A stretch of DNA of 64,000 nt from the human T2T-CHM13v2.0 reference genome, Homo sapiens. The translations under genes were made by a program, and so were the position numbers. Under the pieces are notes generated by a model, which saw nothing but the letters and a program-made list of their open reading frames with translations, did no database searches and was not told where the DNA came from. Positions 27,122-48,729 of the stretch are shown piece by piece (the first letter of the stretch is position 1; each line of letters starts with the position of its first letter). The stretch lies in NCBI RefSeq assembly GCF_009914755.1, contig NC_060935.1; one strand, written 5' to 3'.

Positions 27122-27241
27122 CTGTATGTCTCCTTTTGATAAATGTCTATTCAGATATTTGGTGAGCCACTGTGCCCGGCCAATCCAGTTTTAAAATGGG
27201 CAAAAGATCTGAATAGACATTTATCAAAAGGAGACATACAG
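27122..27241. repeat. Perfect 35-bp inverted repeat (50-nt spacer) extended by head-to-head Alus
   Basis: CTGTATGTCTCCTTTTGATAAATGTCTATTCAGAT (27122-27156) and its exact reverse complement (27207-27241). Confidence 0.95.
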
Positions 27242-27245
27242 ATCA

Positions 27246-27494
<249 letters not shown>

Positions 27495-27604
27495 CTACAG
27501 AGCAAGACTTCATCTCAAAATAAATAATAATAAATAAATGAGGCCGGGCACGGTGGCTCACACCTGTAATCCCAGCACTTTGGGAGGCCGAGGCAGGCAG
27601 ATCA

Positions 27605-27853
<249 letters not shown>

Positions 27854-28882
27854 TTATTAGATTTTTTCCTATAGAGTTGTTTGAGCTCCTTATATATTCT
27901 GGTTATTAATTCCTTGTCAGAAGGATAGTTTGCAAATATTTTCTCCTATGCTGTGGGTTGTCTCTTCACTTTGCTGTTTCCTTTGCTGTGCAGAAGCTTT
28001 TAAACTTGATGTGATCTCATTTGTCCATTTTTGCTTTGGTTGCCTGTGCTTGTGGGGCATTATTCAAGAAACCTTTGCCCAGTCTAATGTCCTGGAGCGT
28101 TTCCTCAATATATTCTTTAGTAGTTTCATAGTTTGAGGTCTGAGATTTAAGTCGTTAATCCATTTTGATTTGAGTTTTGTATATAGTGAAAGACAGGGGT
28201 CTAGTTTCATTCTTCTGCATATGGATATCCAGTTTTCTCAGCACCATTTGTTGAAGACGCTGTCTTTTCTCCATTGTATGCTCTTGGCCCCTTTGTTGAG
28301 AAATGAGTTCACCTTAGATGTATGGATTTGTTTCTGGGTTCTCTATTCTGTTCCATTAGTCCATGTGTCTGCTTTTATGCCTGTACTATGCTGTTTTGGT
28401 TACCACAGTTCTGTAGTATAATTTGAAGTCAGGTAATGTGATTCCTCCAGTTTTTTTGTTTTTGTTTTTGTTTTTTTTCTCAGGATAGCTTTGGCTATTT
28501 TGGATCTTTTGCAGTTCCATATAAATTTTAGGATTGTGTTTTCTCTTTCTGTGGAGAATGTCTTTAGTATTTTGATAGGTATTGTATTGAATACATAGAT
28601 TACTTTGGATAGTATGGACATTTTAACAATATGGATTCTTCCAATCCATGAACATGGACTATTTTTCCTTTTTTAATGTCCTCTTCAATTTCTTTCAATA
28701 ATGTTTTATAGTTTTCATTGTAGAAATCTTCCACTTCTTTGGTTAAATTAATTCCTAGGTATGTTATTTTATTTGTAGCTATTGTAAATGGGATTACTTT
28801 TATGATTTTTCACATTGTTTACTGTTGGCATATAGAAACATTTTTTATTATTTTTTAATTTTTAATTTTAATTTTTAGTTAG

Positions 28883-29092
<210 letters not shown>

Positions 29093-29132
29093 TGATCTCC
29101 TGACCTCGTGATCTGCCCACCTCAGCCTCTGA

Positions 29133-29312
<180 letters not shown>

Positions 29313-29883
29313 TAGCTGGGACTATAGGTGCGCACCACCATGCTTGGACAATTTTTGTATATTTAGTAGACACAGGGTTTCACCATGTTGGCCAGGCTGG
29401 TCTTGAACGCCTGACCTTGTGATCCACCCGCCTCTGCCTCCCAAAGTGCTGGGATTACAGGCTTGAGCCACCATGCCTGGCCTAGAAATGATTTTTATAT
29501 GTTATGTTCTCTTTTTTTTTAACCCAATAATAGCTGTGTGTACTGATATATGTTGATTTTGCATGTTGACTTTTGTATATTGTTTTATTTCCTGCAAGTT
29601 TACTGAATTTGTATATCTGTTCTAATAATTTTTTAGTGGTGTCTTTAGGTTTTTCTAAATATAAGATCATATCATCTGCAAACAAGGATAATTTGATTTC
29701 TTCCTTTCCAATTTGGATGCCCTTTCTTTCTCTTTCTTGTCTGATTGCTCTAGCTGGGACTTCCAGTACCATGTTGCATAACAGTGATGAAAGTGGGCAT
29801 CCTTGTCATGCTCTAGATCTTAGAAGAAAGACTTTCAGTTTTTCACCATTGAGTATGACACTAGCTGTGGGTCTGTCATGTAG

Positions 29884-30236
<353 letters not shown>

Positions 30237-30458
30237 TAGGGTTTTTATAATGAAGGGATGTTGAATTTTATCAAATGCTTTTTCAGTGTGAATTGAAATG
30301 ATAGTATAGTTTTGTCCCTCATTCTGTAGATATGATGTATTGCATTGATTGATTTGCATATGACATCCTTGCATCCTTGCGTCCTTGCATCCCTGGGATA
30401 AATCTCACTTGGTCATGATGAATCATCTTTTTAATGTGTTGTTGAATTCAGTTTGCTA

Positions 30459-31764
30459 TTAAGGTGAGTGCAAAACTATTGCAGTTTTTGCATTGTTGGA
30501 ATTTGCCGTTTGATGTTGGAATACATTCTTCAATAAATGTGGTTAGGTCATACATCATTTTAATGGACATTTCTCGCTTTATGTTTTCTTGCTAATGACT
30601 TATTATTTGTTGTTTATTTTATGTTTATTTTAGACTACGGAAATTATGTTAGACAAAAAGCAAATTAGAGCAATTTTCTTATTTGGGTTCAAAATGGGTC
30701 ATAAAGCAGCAAGAAAACTCATAACATCAATAAGGCATTTGGCCCAGGAACTGCTAATGAATGTACAGTACAGTGGTGGTTCAAGAAGTTTTGCAAAGGA
30801 GACAAGAGCCTTGAAGATGAGGAGTGTATGGCCAGCCATCAGAAGTTGATAATGACCAATTGACAGCAATCATCAAAGCTGATCCTCTTACAACTACATG
30901 AGAAATTGCCAAAGAACTCCACCTCGACCATTCTATGGTCATGTGGCATTTGAAGCAAATTGAAAAGGTGAAAAAGGTGGGAAAAAAAGGTGAAAAAAAG
31001 GTGTCTTGATAAGTGGGTGCTTCATGAGCTGAGCAAAAATTTTAAAAAATGTTGTCTTGAAGTGTTGTTTTCTCTTATTCTATGCAATAACAGTGAACCA
31101 TTTCTTGATCGGATTGTGACATGTGACAAAAAGTGGATTTTATACAACAACTGGTGACGACCAGCTTAGTGGTTGGACTGAGAAGAAGCTCCGAAGCACT
31201 TCCCAAAGCCAAACTTGCACCAAAAAAGGTCATGGCCACTGTTTGGTGGTCTGCTGCTGGTCTGATCCAGTATAGCTTTCTGAATCCTGGCAAAACCATT
31301 ACATCTGAGAACTATGCTCAGCAAACGGACGAGATGCACCAAAAACTGCAACAACTGCAGCCAGCATTGGTCAACAGAAAGGGCCCAATTCTTCTCCAGG
31401 ACAACACCCAAACACACGTCACACAACCAACACTTCAAAAGTTGAGCAAATTGGGCTATGAAGTTTTGCCTCATCTGCCATACTCACCTGACCTCTCACC
31501 AACTGACTACCACTTCTACAAGCATCTCAACAACTTTTTGTACGGAAAACGCTTCCACAACCAGCAGGATGCAGAAAATGATTTCCAAGAGTTTGTTGAA
31601 TCCTGAAGCATGGATTTTTACACCATAGGAATAAAGATTTCTCACTGGCAAAAATGTGTTGATTGTAATGTTTCCTGTTTTGATTAATAAAGATGTGTTT
31701 GAGCCTAGTTATAATGATTTAAAATTTACAGTCTGAAACCGCAATTACTTTTGCAGCAACCTAA
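30459..31764 (+). mobile_element. Full-length HSMAR1 mariner transposon (defective transposase)
   Basis: About 1.3 kb; TIRs ttaaggtgagtgcaaaactattgcag / ccgcaattacttttgcagcaacctaa; TA duplication 30457-30458 and 31765-31766; MLDKKQIRAIFLF, TVWWSAAGLI, YSPDLSPTDYHF motifs; host L1 resumes exactly after the element. Confidence 0.96.
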
Positions 31765-32199
31765 TAGTATTTGGTTGAGGATTTTTGCATCAATGTTCAT
31801 CAGGGATATTGGCCTGTTGTTTTCTTTCTTTTTTCTTTTCTTTCTTTCTTTTTTTTTTTTTTTTTTGATGTGTCTTTGTCTGGTTTTGCTATCAGGGTAA
31901 TAATGGCCTCATGGAATGAGTTTGAAAGTATTCCCTCCTCCTCAATTTTTTTGAATAGTTTGAGTAGGATTGGTATTAGTTATTTAAATGTTTGGTAAAA
32001 TTCATCAGTGAAACTATTGAGCCCCAGGCTATTCTTTGCCAGCAGACTTTTTATTTTGGCTTTGAAATTGTTACTTACTATTGGTCTGTTAAAGTTTTGA
32101 ATTTCTTCATGGTTCAACTCAGTAGGTTTCATGTATCTAGAAATTTATCTATTTTTTTCTAGGTTTTCCAATTTGTTGGCATATACTTACTCATAGTAG

Positions 32200-32558
<359 letters not shown>

Positions 32559-33724
32559 TGATCCCCCCCACCTCAGCCTCCCAAAGTGCTGGGATTACAG
32601 GTGTGAGCCATCACGCCCGGCCTTATTTGTCTTTTCAAAAAATGATTTTTTTGTTTTCATCCTTTGTATTATTTGTTTCAATTTCATTTATTTCTGCTCT
32701 GGTCTTTATTATTTCTTTTCTTCTACTGACTTTGGGTTTGGTTTGTGCTTGCTTTTCTAGTTCTTTAAGAGACACCATTAGGTTGTTTACCTGAAGTTTG
32801 TATGTTTGTTCATTTGTTTGTTTGAGACAGAGTCTCACTCAGTCACCCAGGCTGGAGCGCAGTGGCCAATCTTGGCTCACTGCAACCTCCGCCTCCCAGG
32901 TCCAAGCAATTCGCATGCCTCAGCCGCCCAAGTAGCTGGGACTATAGACATGTGCCACCGTGCCTGGCTAATTTTTTTGGTATTTTTAGTAGAGATGGGG
33001 TTTTGCCATGTTGCCCAGGCTGGTCTCAAACTCCTGAGCTCAAACAATCTGCTCAGCTTGGCCTCCCAAAGTGCTGGAGTTACAGGCATGAGCGACTACA
33101 CCCAGACTTTTTATCTTTTTTGATGTAGGCACTTATAGCCATAAACTTCCCTCTTAGTACTGCTTTCACTGTATCCCACAGGTTTTGATATGTTGTGTTT
33201 CCATTATTGTTTCAAGAAATTTTTAAATTTTCTTATTAATTTCTTAGTTCACCCACTGGTTATTCAGGAGCATATTGTTTAATTTTCATGTGTTTGTATA
33301 GTTTCTAAAATTCCTCGTTATTGATTTCTAGTTTTATTTCATTGTGGTCAGAGAAGATCCTTGATATTATTTTTTTTTTTTATGCTTTAAGACTTGTTTT
33401 GTGGCCTCACATATGATCTGTCCTTGGGAATGATCCATGTGCTGAGGAGAAGAATGTCTATTCTGTGACCATTGTGTGAAATGTCCTATAAATATCTATT
33501 AGGTCCATTTGATCCATAGTGCAGATTAAGTCTGATGTTTCTTTGTTGATTTTCTGTCTGGATGATCTGTCCAATGCTGAAAGTGGGGTGTTGAAATCTT
33601 GTGCTATTATTGTAGTGGAGTCTGTCTCTCTCTTTATCTCTAATAATATTTGCTTTATATATCTGGGTGCTTCAGTGTTGGGTGCATATATATTTACAAT
33701 TGTTATATTCTCTTGCTGAATTGA

Positions 33725-34005
<281 letters not shown>

Positions 34006-34669
34006 TGATCTGCCCGCCTCGGCCTCCCAAAGTGCTGGGATTACAGGTGTGAGCCACCACACCCAGCCTTGATTTTGTCTTGAAATCTGTTTTGTCTGTT
34101 ATAAGCACAGCTACTTCTGCTCTTTTTTTAGTTTCCATCTGCATAAAGCATCTTTTTCCATCCCTTTATTTTCAGTTTATGTGTGTCTTTATAGGTGAAG
34201 TGTGTTTCTTGTAGGCAACAGATCATTGAGTCTTTTTTAAAAAAAATCCATTCAGCCACTCTGCATCTTTTGATTAGAGAGCTTAGTCCATTTACATTCA
34301 ATGTTATTATTGATAAGTAAGGACTTACTCCTGCCATTTTGTTATTTGTCTTCTGGTTGTTTTTGGTCTTCTCTTCCTTCTTTCCTTCCTTCCTGTCTTC
34401 CTTTTAGTGAAGGTGATTTTCTCTGGTGGTATGTTTTAATTTCTTGTTTTTTATTTTTTGTGTATCCATTGTATGTTTTTAGATTTGAGGTTACCATGAG
34501 GCTTGCAAATAATATCTTATAACCCATTATTTTAAACTGATGACAATGTAACACTAATTGTGTAAACTAATAAACAAAAAGGAAACTAATAAAAACTAAT
34601 ACAAACTTTAACTTTGTCTCCCCACATTTTAATTTTTTGTTGTTTCTATCTTATTGTACTATGTCTTGA

Positions 34670-34936
<267 letters not shown>

Positions 34937-36462
34937 TGATCCGCCCACCTCGGACTCCCAAAGTGCTAGGATTACAAGTGTGAGCCACTGCACCCAGCCT
35001 GTAATTATTATTTTTGATTGGTTCATCTTTTTGTTTTTCTACTTAAAATATGAGTAGTTTACATACCACAATGACAGTGTTAGAATAGTCTGTGTTTTTC
35101 TGTGTAGTACTTATTATTACCAGTAAGTTTTGTACCTTCAGATGATTTTTTTTTTTTTAATTTTTTTTGACAAGGTCTCACTTTGTCACCCAGGCTACAG
35201 TCCAGTTGCTTGATTATAGCTCACTGTAGCCTCCCAGGCTCAAGCGATCCTCCTGCCTCAGCCTCCCAAAGTGCTGGGATCACAGGCATGAGCCTCTATG
35301 CCCAGCCAATTAAAACAATTTTTTTTTTTGTAGAGGTGGAGTCTCACTGCATTGCCCAGGCTGACCTCAAACTCTTGGGTTCAAGCAATTCTCCCACCTT
35401 GGCCCAGATGATTTCTTGTTGCTCATTAACATCATTTTCTTTCAGATTGAAGAACTCTTTTTAGCATTTCTTGTAGGATAGATCTTGTGTTGATGAAATC
35501 CTTCAGCTTTTGCTTGTCCAGGAAAGTCTTTACTTCTCCTTCACGTTTGAAGGATATTTTCATCAGATATAGTAATACTATTCTAGGGTAAAAGTTTTTT
35601 TTTCCTTCAGCATTTTAAATATTGTCATGCCACTCTCTCCTGACCTGTAAGGTTTCCATCGAGAAGTCTGCTGCCAGACCTATTGGAGCTCCATTGTATG
35701 TTATTTGTTTCTTTTCTCTTGCTGGTTTTAGAATCCTTTCTTTATCCTTGACCTTTGGGAGTCTGAATATTAAATGCCTTGAAGTAGTCTTCTTTGGGTT
35801 AAACCTGCTTGGTGTTCCATAACCTTCTTATCCTTGAATATTGATATCTTTCTCTAGGTTTGGAAAGTTATCTATTATTATTCCTTTGAATGAACCCCAC
35901 CTCTCTCTGTACCTCCTCTTTAAAGCCAATAACTCTTAGATTTGCCCTTTTGAGGCTGTTTTCTAGATCTTGTAGGCATGCTTCATTCTTTTTTTTCTTT
36001 TTTCTTTTGTCTCCTCTGACTTTGTATTTTCAAACAGCCCAAGTTCACTAACTCTTCTGCTTGACCAATTCTGCTATTAAAAGACTCTGATGAGTTCTTC
36101 AGTATGTCAATTGCATTTTTCAACTCTAGGATTTCTGCTTAATTCTTTTTAATTATTTCTATTTCTTTGTTAAATTTATCTAATGGATTCTGAATTCCTT
36201 CTCTGTGTTATCTTGAATTTCTTTGAGTTTCTTCAAGACAGCTATTTTGAATTCTGTGTCTGAAAGGTCAAATTTCTCTCTCTCTCTCTGGGATTAATCC
36301 CTGGTGTCTATTTCCCTGGATGGTCTTGATGCTTGCGGATGTTTATCAGTGTCTGGGCATTGAAGAGCTAGGTATTTATTGCATCCTTCACAATCTGGGC
36401 TTGTTTGTACCTGTCCTTTTTGGAAGGCTTTCCAGGTATTTGAAGAGACTTGAGTGTTGTGA

Positions 36463-36930
<468 letters not shown>

Positions 36931-38097
36931 TGAACTCCTGGCCTTAAGTGATCCACCTGCCTCAGCCTCCCAAAATGCTGAGATTACAGGAATGAGCCAC
37001 TGCACCTGGCCCCATACTTTCTCCCAAACAAAGAGCATCTCTCTCTCTCTCTGTGCTGAGCTGCCTGGAGATGGGGGAGAGGTTAAACAAGCACCCCTGT
37101 GGCCACCACCCCTGCTCCTGTGCTGAGTCAGATCTGAAGCCAGCACAGCACTGGCTGTGAATGTGATGGGTCACACCTGAAGCTGGCACATCTCAGTCTC
37201 ACTGAAGGCTCACAGCATGTACTACTTGGTTACCACTGCTGCTTATATAGGGTTCTTTAATTAGCAGGTGATAAATCTTGCCAGGACTGGGTCCTTCCCT
37301 TCAAGGCAGCAGGTTCCCTTCTGGCCCAGGTTGTGTCTAGAAATGTCATCTAGGACTAGGTTCTAGAATGGGGGCCTCACAACTCTACCCGGCGCCCTTT
37401 CCTAATGTGGCTGAGCTGGTATCCAAGTTGCAAGACAAAGTTTTCTTTACTCTTCTCTCTCCTCAAGTGGAAGGAAGGGGTCTCTTTTGGATTTGCAAAC
37501 TGCACTGCCTGAACTTGAAGGAGGGGTGGCACAAGTACTCCCTTGATTGCCCCAGCTAGTGTCTCACTAGGTTGTGTGGCTCCCAAGTCCACTGGCTCTG
37601 GGCCCAACACAGGACTAAGCCTTGCCTAGGAGTTGCAGTCCTTGTGGCCTAGATAGCCTTCCAAGTTTATTTAGGACCCTAGAGGACATTAGCCTGTGGT
37701 GGCAAGGCTTGCCAAAACTCAAGTCCTGACCACTGGGATGAGTGATTCCCCTCTGGGTAAGGCTGGTCCAATGCTGCCCTTATGGGCACCGGTTGAGTTC
37801 TGCCCAGTGTTGGCAGCACTGTGTTCCAATGCAAAATCCCACAATAGCTGCACTTGCCCTCCCTGAAGCACACAGATTCTCTCTCTGTGCCATGCAGCAG
37901 CTGCTGGGGAGTGGGGGAAGGGTCTGTCAAGACTGTACAATTCAAGACTGTATTTCCTACCCTCTTCAGTGGCTCTTTCAGTGATAGGAAGTTAAAACCA
38001 GGCACTATGATCGCTCACCTGATTTTTGGTTCTTATGATGGTGCTTTTTTGTGTAGAAAATCATTCAGTTTGGTGTTCCTGCAGGGATGACGATTGA

Positions 38098-39775
<1,678 letters not shown>

Positions 39776-40776
39776 AATAAAAAATATTGATAGGTCATTG
39801 GATGGGTAAATGTAAAATTTTTTTTAAATTTTAAAATTAAAAATAAAGTTTCAGAAATACAGTCTCAGTAATACTAGTTCTATGATTGTATGATGAAGGC
39901 ATTTTTTAACCTGTGTTTCATTTTCATCTGTGAAATGTGAATAAAAATAACTCTCTTACAGAGTTCCCGTAAAGATTAAATAAGTATGTAAAGCATCTGG
40001 GTCAGTGCCTATCATATAGTTGGCACCAAAATATTCTCCCCTCTCCCAGCTCCTGCAAAGGCACCCCAGCTCTTTGCAGCACTTAGGGCCTTTCTCATAT
40101 TCTGACCTGTATTAAGCAAATGTGCAGCTGGTAGGATAAGATGCTTGAACATAGTAGACACTCAATAGAGGACTGCCAAGCAGAGTTGATTTCTGTAGTT
40201 AGAAACTAGTTCATCCTTACCAGTATTTTTTTTTTTCTTGTATACACTCCCAATCGGCTTATCGGCTTATCATGTCACACACAACTGGTTACTCTCTACC
40301 CAACTAGATACTGGATGAGGTCATCTCTCAATCCTGTCTGAGCTGAACAAGGCCTTTTATGGAACTTTAAAGTTGACTCACCACTGAGTCATCAAAACAC
40401 AGCAATACCTAAACACGCTCCTGTTGCTAACAAAAGACCAGCATGGGATGTCTGTCTTACCTCCTTTCCCTCCCCTAATGAGACACGGCCCCTTGACTCA
40501 CTGGAGAAGAGTCATCACGTCTTTTGTGCTGCAGTAATCTGAACGAAGCCAGTTTAAATAATCACAATGTGGCCAGCAAACAACTGGCAGTCCCTGTGGT
40601 CATTCAGGTCATTTCCTGTGTATGTCACTAACCCAAAAGGAGAGGCAATTAATCAATCACCTGAATATTTAATAAGTGCCTGCATTCTGTTGGGCACTCA
40701 CAGTTCCCTCTGTTTATGACATTTCTGTGAAGTGAACTTTTCAGTTATTGAAACTCATTAAAAATATAGAGAACAG

Positions 40777-40818
40777 TGTTGCGGGAAGTCAGGGACCCCA
40801 AACGGAGGGACCACATTA
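40777..40818 (+). mobile_element. Tiny MER11-like (HML-8/ERVK) LTR remnant
   Basis: TGTTGCGGGAAGTCAGGGACCCCAAACGGAGGGACC resembles the MER11 5' terminus; flanked by GAACAG direct repeats. Confidence 0.7.
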
Positions 40819-41592
40819 GAACAGCAACCTTTGTGCCTCTGTAAAGGAAATAAAAAAAGGAATATTGGAGAAAATGGGACTATTCAGTTCCATTCCAATA
40901 GAAAAGAATTATAAAATAGCAAATAGGAAGGGGTTATTTGCTAATGTTTTGGCTAAATGCTTCAGAGAGCTATAATTTTAAAATATCTTGGTTGAGAACT
41001 ACTCTCTTATCTAGGAATGAAATGGTCAGTGGTATTTTCTCTTGGGAAAAGTCTTGCGTTAGTACCACTGCCTGACCTATTGCAGTGGACTATGAAGTGT
41101 TTCAAGATTAGGGGGCCTGTGTAAGGCTGAGAACTGCTGAGATAACTAGGAGTAGGCCTAAGGGCTCCTTTCATAAATAAGGCTGGTTACAGCTGTTTCA
41201 TACATGAACAGATACAACCTTTAAGTACCCTAGCATGGTCTTTCCTAGCTGAAGACCCCAAGGAAAACCTGAATGAAAATCTTAGATCTTCAGACATTTT
41301 ATATAGAATCCATACAATTGATATACCCATATCCAAAGGATATAATGATCTACCCTTGATCTATCTTAAATAAATATCAGAACGATGCATGGAAATTGCA
41401 TGTTAGTAGTCCTTAAAGATTAATTTGGCACGACAAGAAATGTTTATTTTATTAAAATAAATACAAGCTCTTAACTGGTTGTTTTTCCTGGGTTATGCTT
41501 CTCAAGTTCTTATTACATAGATACTGTGTTCTGATTTGATCTTCCTAGCTGGTTGTGCATAAACTCGAGCCCATCCATATTAAGTAAATTAA

Positions 41593-46940
<5,348 letters not shown>

Positions 46941-47068
46941 AACTGGAAGAAACGTGTAAGTGCATTAAGGGACAGATTAAATCAGTTTAACGAAGCACTA
47001 GGGAAATTTTTTAAAATTGCGTTTGAGTTTGCCGCGAGCCGGGCCAATCGGTTTTGCCAACGCATGCC

Positions 47069-48071
47069 CACGTGCTGGCGAACAAATGTAAACACGGAGA
47101 TCGTGTGCCGGGCACTTGGTTTCGTGGTGGGCAACTGTGCTGCTGTTTCTTTTGGCCGCGGACAAGGTCGGCAGAGGTGGACCCCTGCTTGGGAGAGCTC
47201 TTCTCGCTGTGCTGACACCCGCCCCTAACAGTCACCCACCCCGGGGAAATAATGGGGCTCGGAGGCCTCCTCCCAGCCAGTGTCCAGCCTAAGCACATCG
47301 GCTCCCGCAGTTCAGAAAGGTCCCGAGGCCCGAGTCACCATTTCCGGCTCAGACCTCGACCCGGAACGTGGCTGCCCACTGCCACGCCCACTACGCCCCA
47401 GTGGCTCGCCCCAGGGGACGAGGGGCAAGAAGCGGCCTCCGAGGGCAGCGGCCGAAGGCCATTCGGTCCCTGGCTCTTCCCAGCTCGCAGAGACCCGGAA
47501 GCGCTGCCCGGCCGCCTGCCCCTCTTCAGATCCCCCAGCACCGGAGGAGCAGCGAGGGGGCTGCGTCCAGGCCGGCTTTCGGGTCGGCTTAGGCGAATCC
47601 AGCTCTCTTTTGCCCCTCCCAGAAGGCCCAGCCCCGTCCGGGCGGTGTTCGGGCGGCGCCGGGCCGGGCCCCCCGCCGCCCCAGGCTCGCTCATAGGCCC
47701 GGAACACCACAGCCCGCCCAGACTTGGCTGGCGCCGAGCCGGGGGTGGAGCCAGCGGGTTCCCGCCAAAATCGCGTAGCTGGTCCTTCCCCCGCGGGCTA
47801 CGTCGCGCCCTCCTTTTTTTTTCAAACCCGGAGCTGCACTGGGATTGGTGGACTGGGCACTCACGTGGTTAACGGTCGCGGGAAGCCGCGGAGCCCGAAC
47901 CTGAGACTGGACCTGAGGAGACCTCAGCCTCGGTGCTCGGGCCGCCCCGCCTCTGCCGGAAAGTCCGCGCCGCCGCTGCCGCCACCGTCCGCAGCCCGAG
48001 CGCCCCGGAGCCGCAGGCCGCCGCCGCGCAGAGACGCCGCGGCTGCGACTAGGCGCGCCCAGCCGCACGTG
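47069..48071 (+). promoter_or_regulatory. WEE1: Three canonical E-boxes CACGTG (47069, 47862, 48066)
   Basis: Motifs read directly; Wee1 is a known CLOCK/BMAL1 E-box target. Confidence 0.7.
47759..47848 (-). promoter_or_regulatory. WEE1: E2F site, CHR-like element and CCAAT box
   Basis: TTCCCGCCAAAA (47759-47770), TTCAAA = reverse TTTGAA (47821-47826), ATTGG (47844-47848). Confidence 0.6.
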
Positions 48072-48153
48072 GCGGACCCGCCCCCAGGCCCGCAGTGTCC
48101 TGGACCCCGCAGGCCTCCGCTCTCCTGTCCTCGGCCCCGTCCCCAGGGCCGCG

Positions 48154-48729
48154 ATGAGCTTCCTGAGCCGACAGCAGCCGCCGCCACCCCGCCGCGCCGG
48201 GGCGGCCTGCACCTTGCGGCAGAAGCTGATCTTCTCGCCCTGCAGCGACTGTGAGGAGGAGGAAGAAGAGGAGGAGGAGGAGGGCAGCGGCCACAGCACC
48301 GGGGAGGACTCGGCCTTTCAAGAGCCCGACTCGCCGCTGCCGCCCGCGCGGAGCCCCACGGAGCCCGGGCCCGAGCGCCGCCGCTCGCCCGGGCCGGCCC
48401 CCGGGAGCCCCGGCGAGCTGGAGGAGGACCTGTTGCTGCCCGGCGCCTGCCCGGGCGCGGACGAGGCGGGCGGTGGGGCGGAGGGCGACTCGTGGGAGGA
48501 GGAGGGCTTCGGCTCCTCGTCGCCGGTCAAGTCGCCGGCGGCCCCCTACTTCCTGGGTAGCTCTTTCTCGCCGGTGCGCTGCGGCGGCCCAGGAGATGCG
48601 TCGCCGCGGGGTTGCGGGGCGCGCCGGGCGGGCGAAGGCCGCCGCTCGCCGCGGCCGGACCACCCGGGCACCCCGCCACACAAGACCTTCCGCAAGCTGC
48701 GACTCTTCGACACCCCGCACACGCCCAAG
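48154..48729 (+). CDS. WEE1: WEE1 G2 checkpoint kinase, coding exon 1
   Basis: MSFLSRQQPPPPRR, poly-E tract, DSAFQE and EEGFGSSSP degrons, TPPHKTFRKLRLFDTPHTPK; donor AAG|gtgaga. Confidence 0.98.

Noticed and set aside
31133-31606. 157-aa transposase ORF as a SETMAR paralogue or active transposase
   Set aside because: Frameshifted fragment with no SET exons; DNA-binding domain broken; flanked by TIRs as an ordinary HSMAR1 fossil
47390-47410. ACTACGCCCCAG as a ZNF143 binding site in the WEE1 promoter
   Set aside because: Spacing does not fit ACTACAnnTCCCA; cannot be supported without ChIP data
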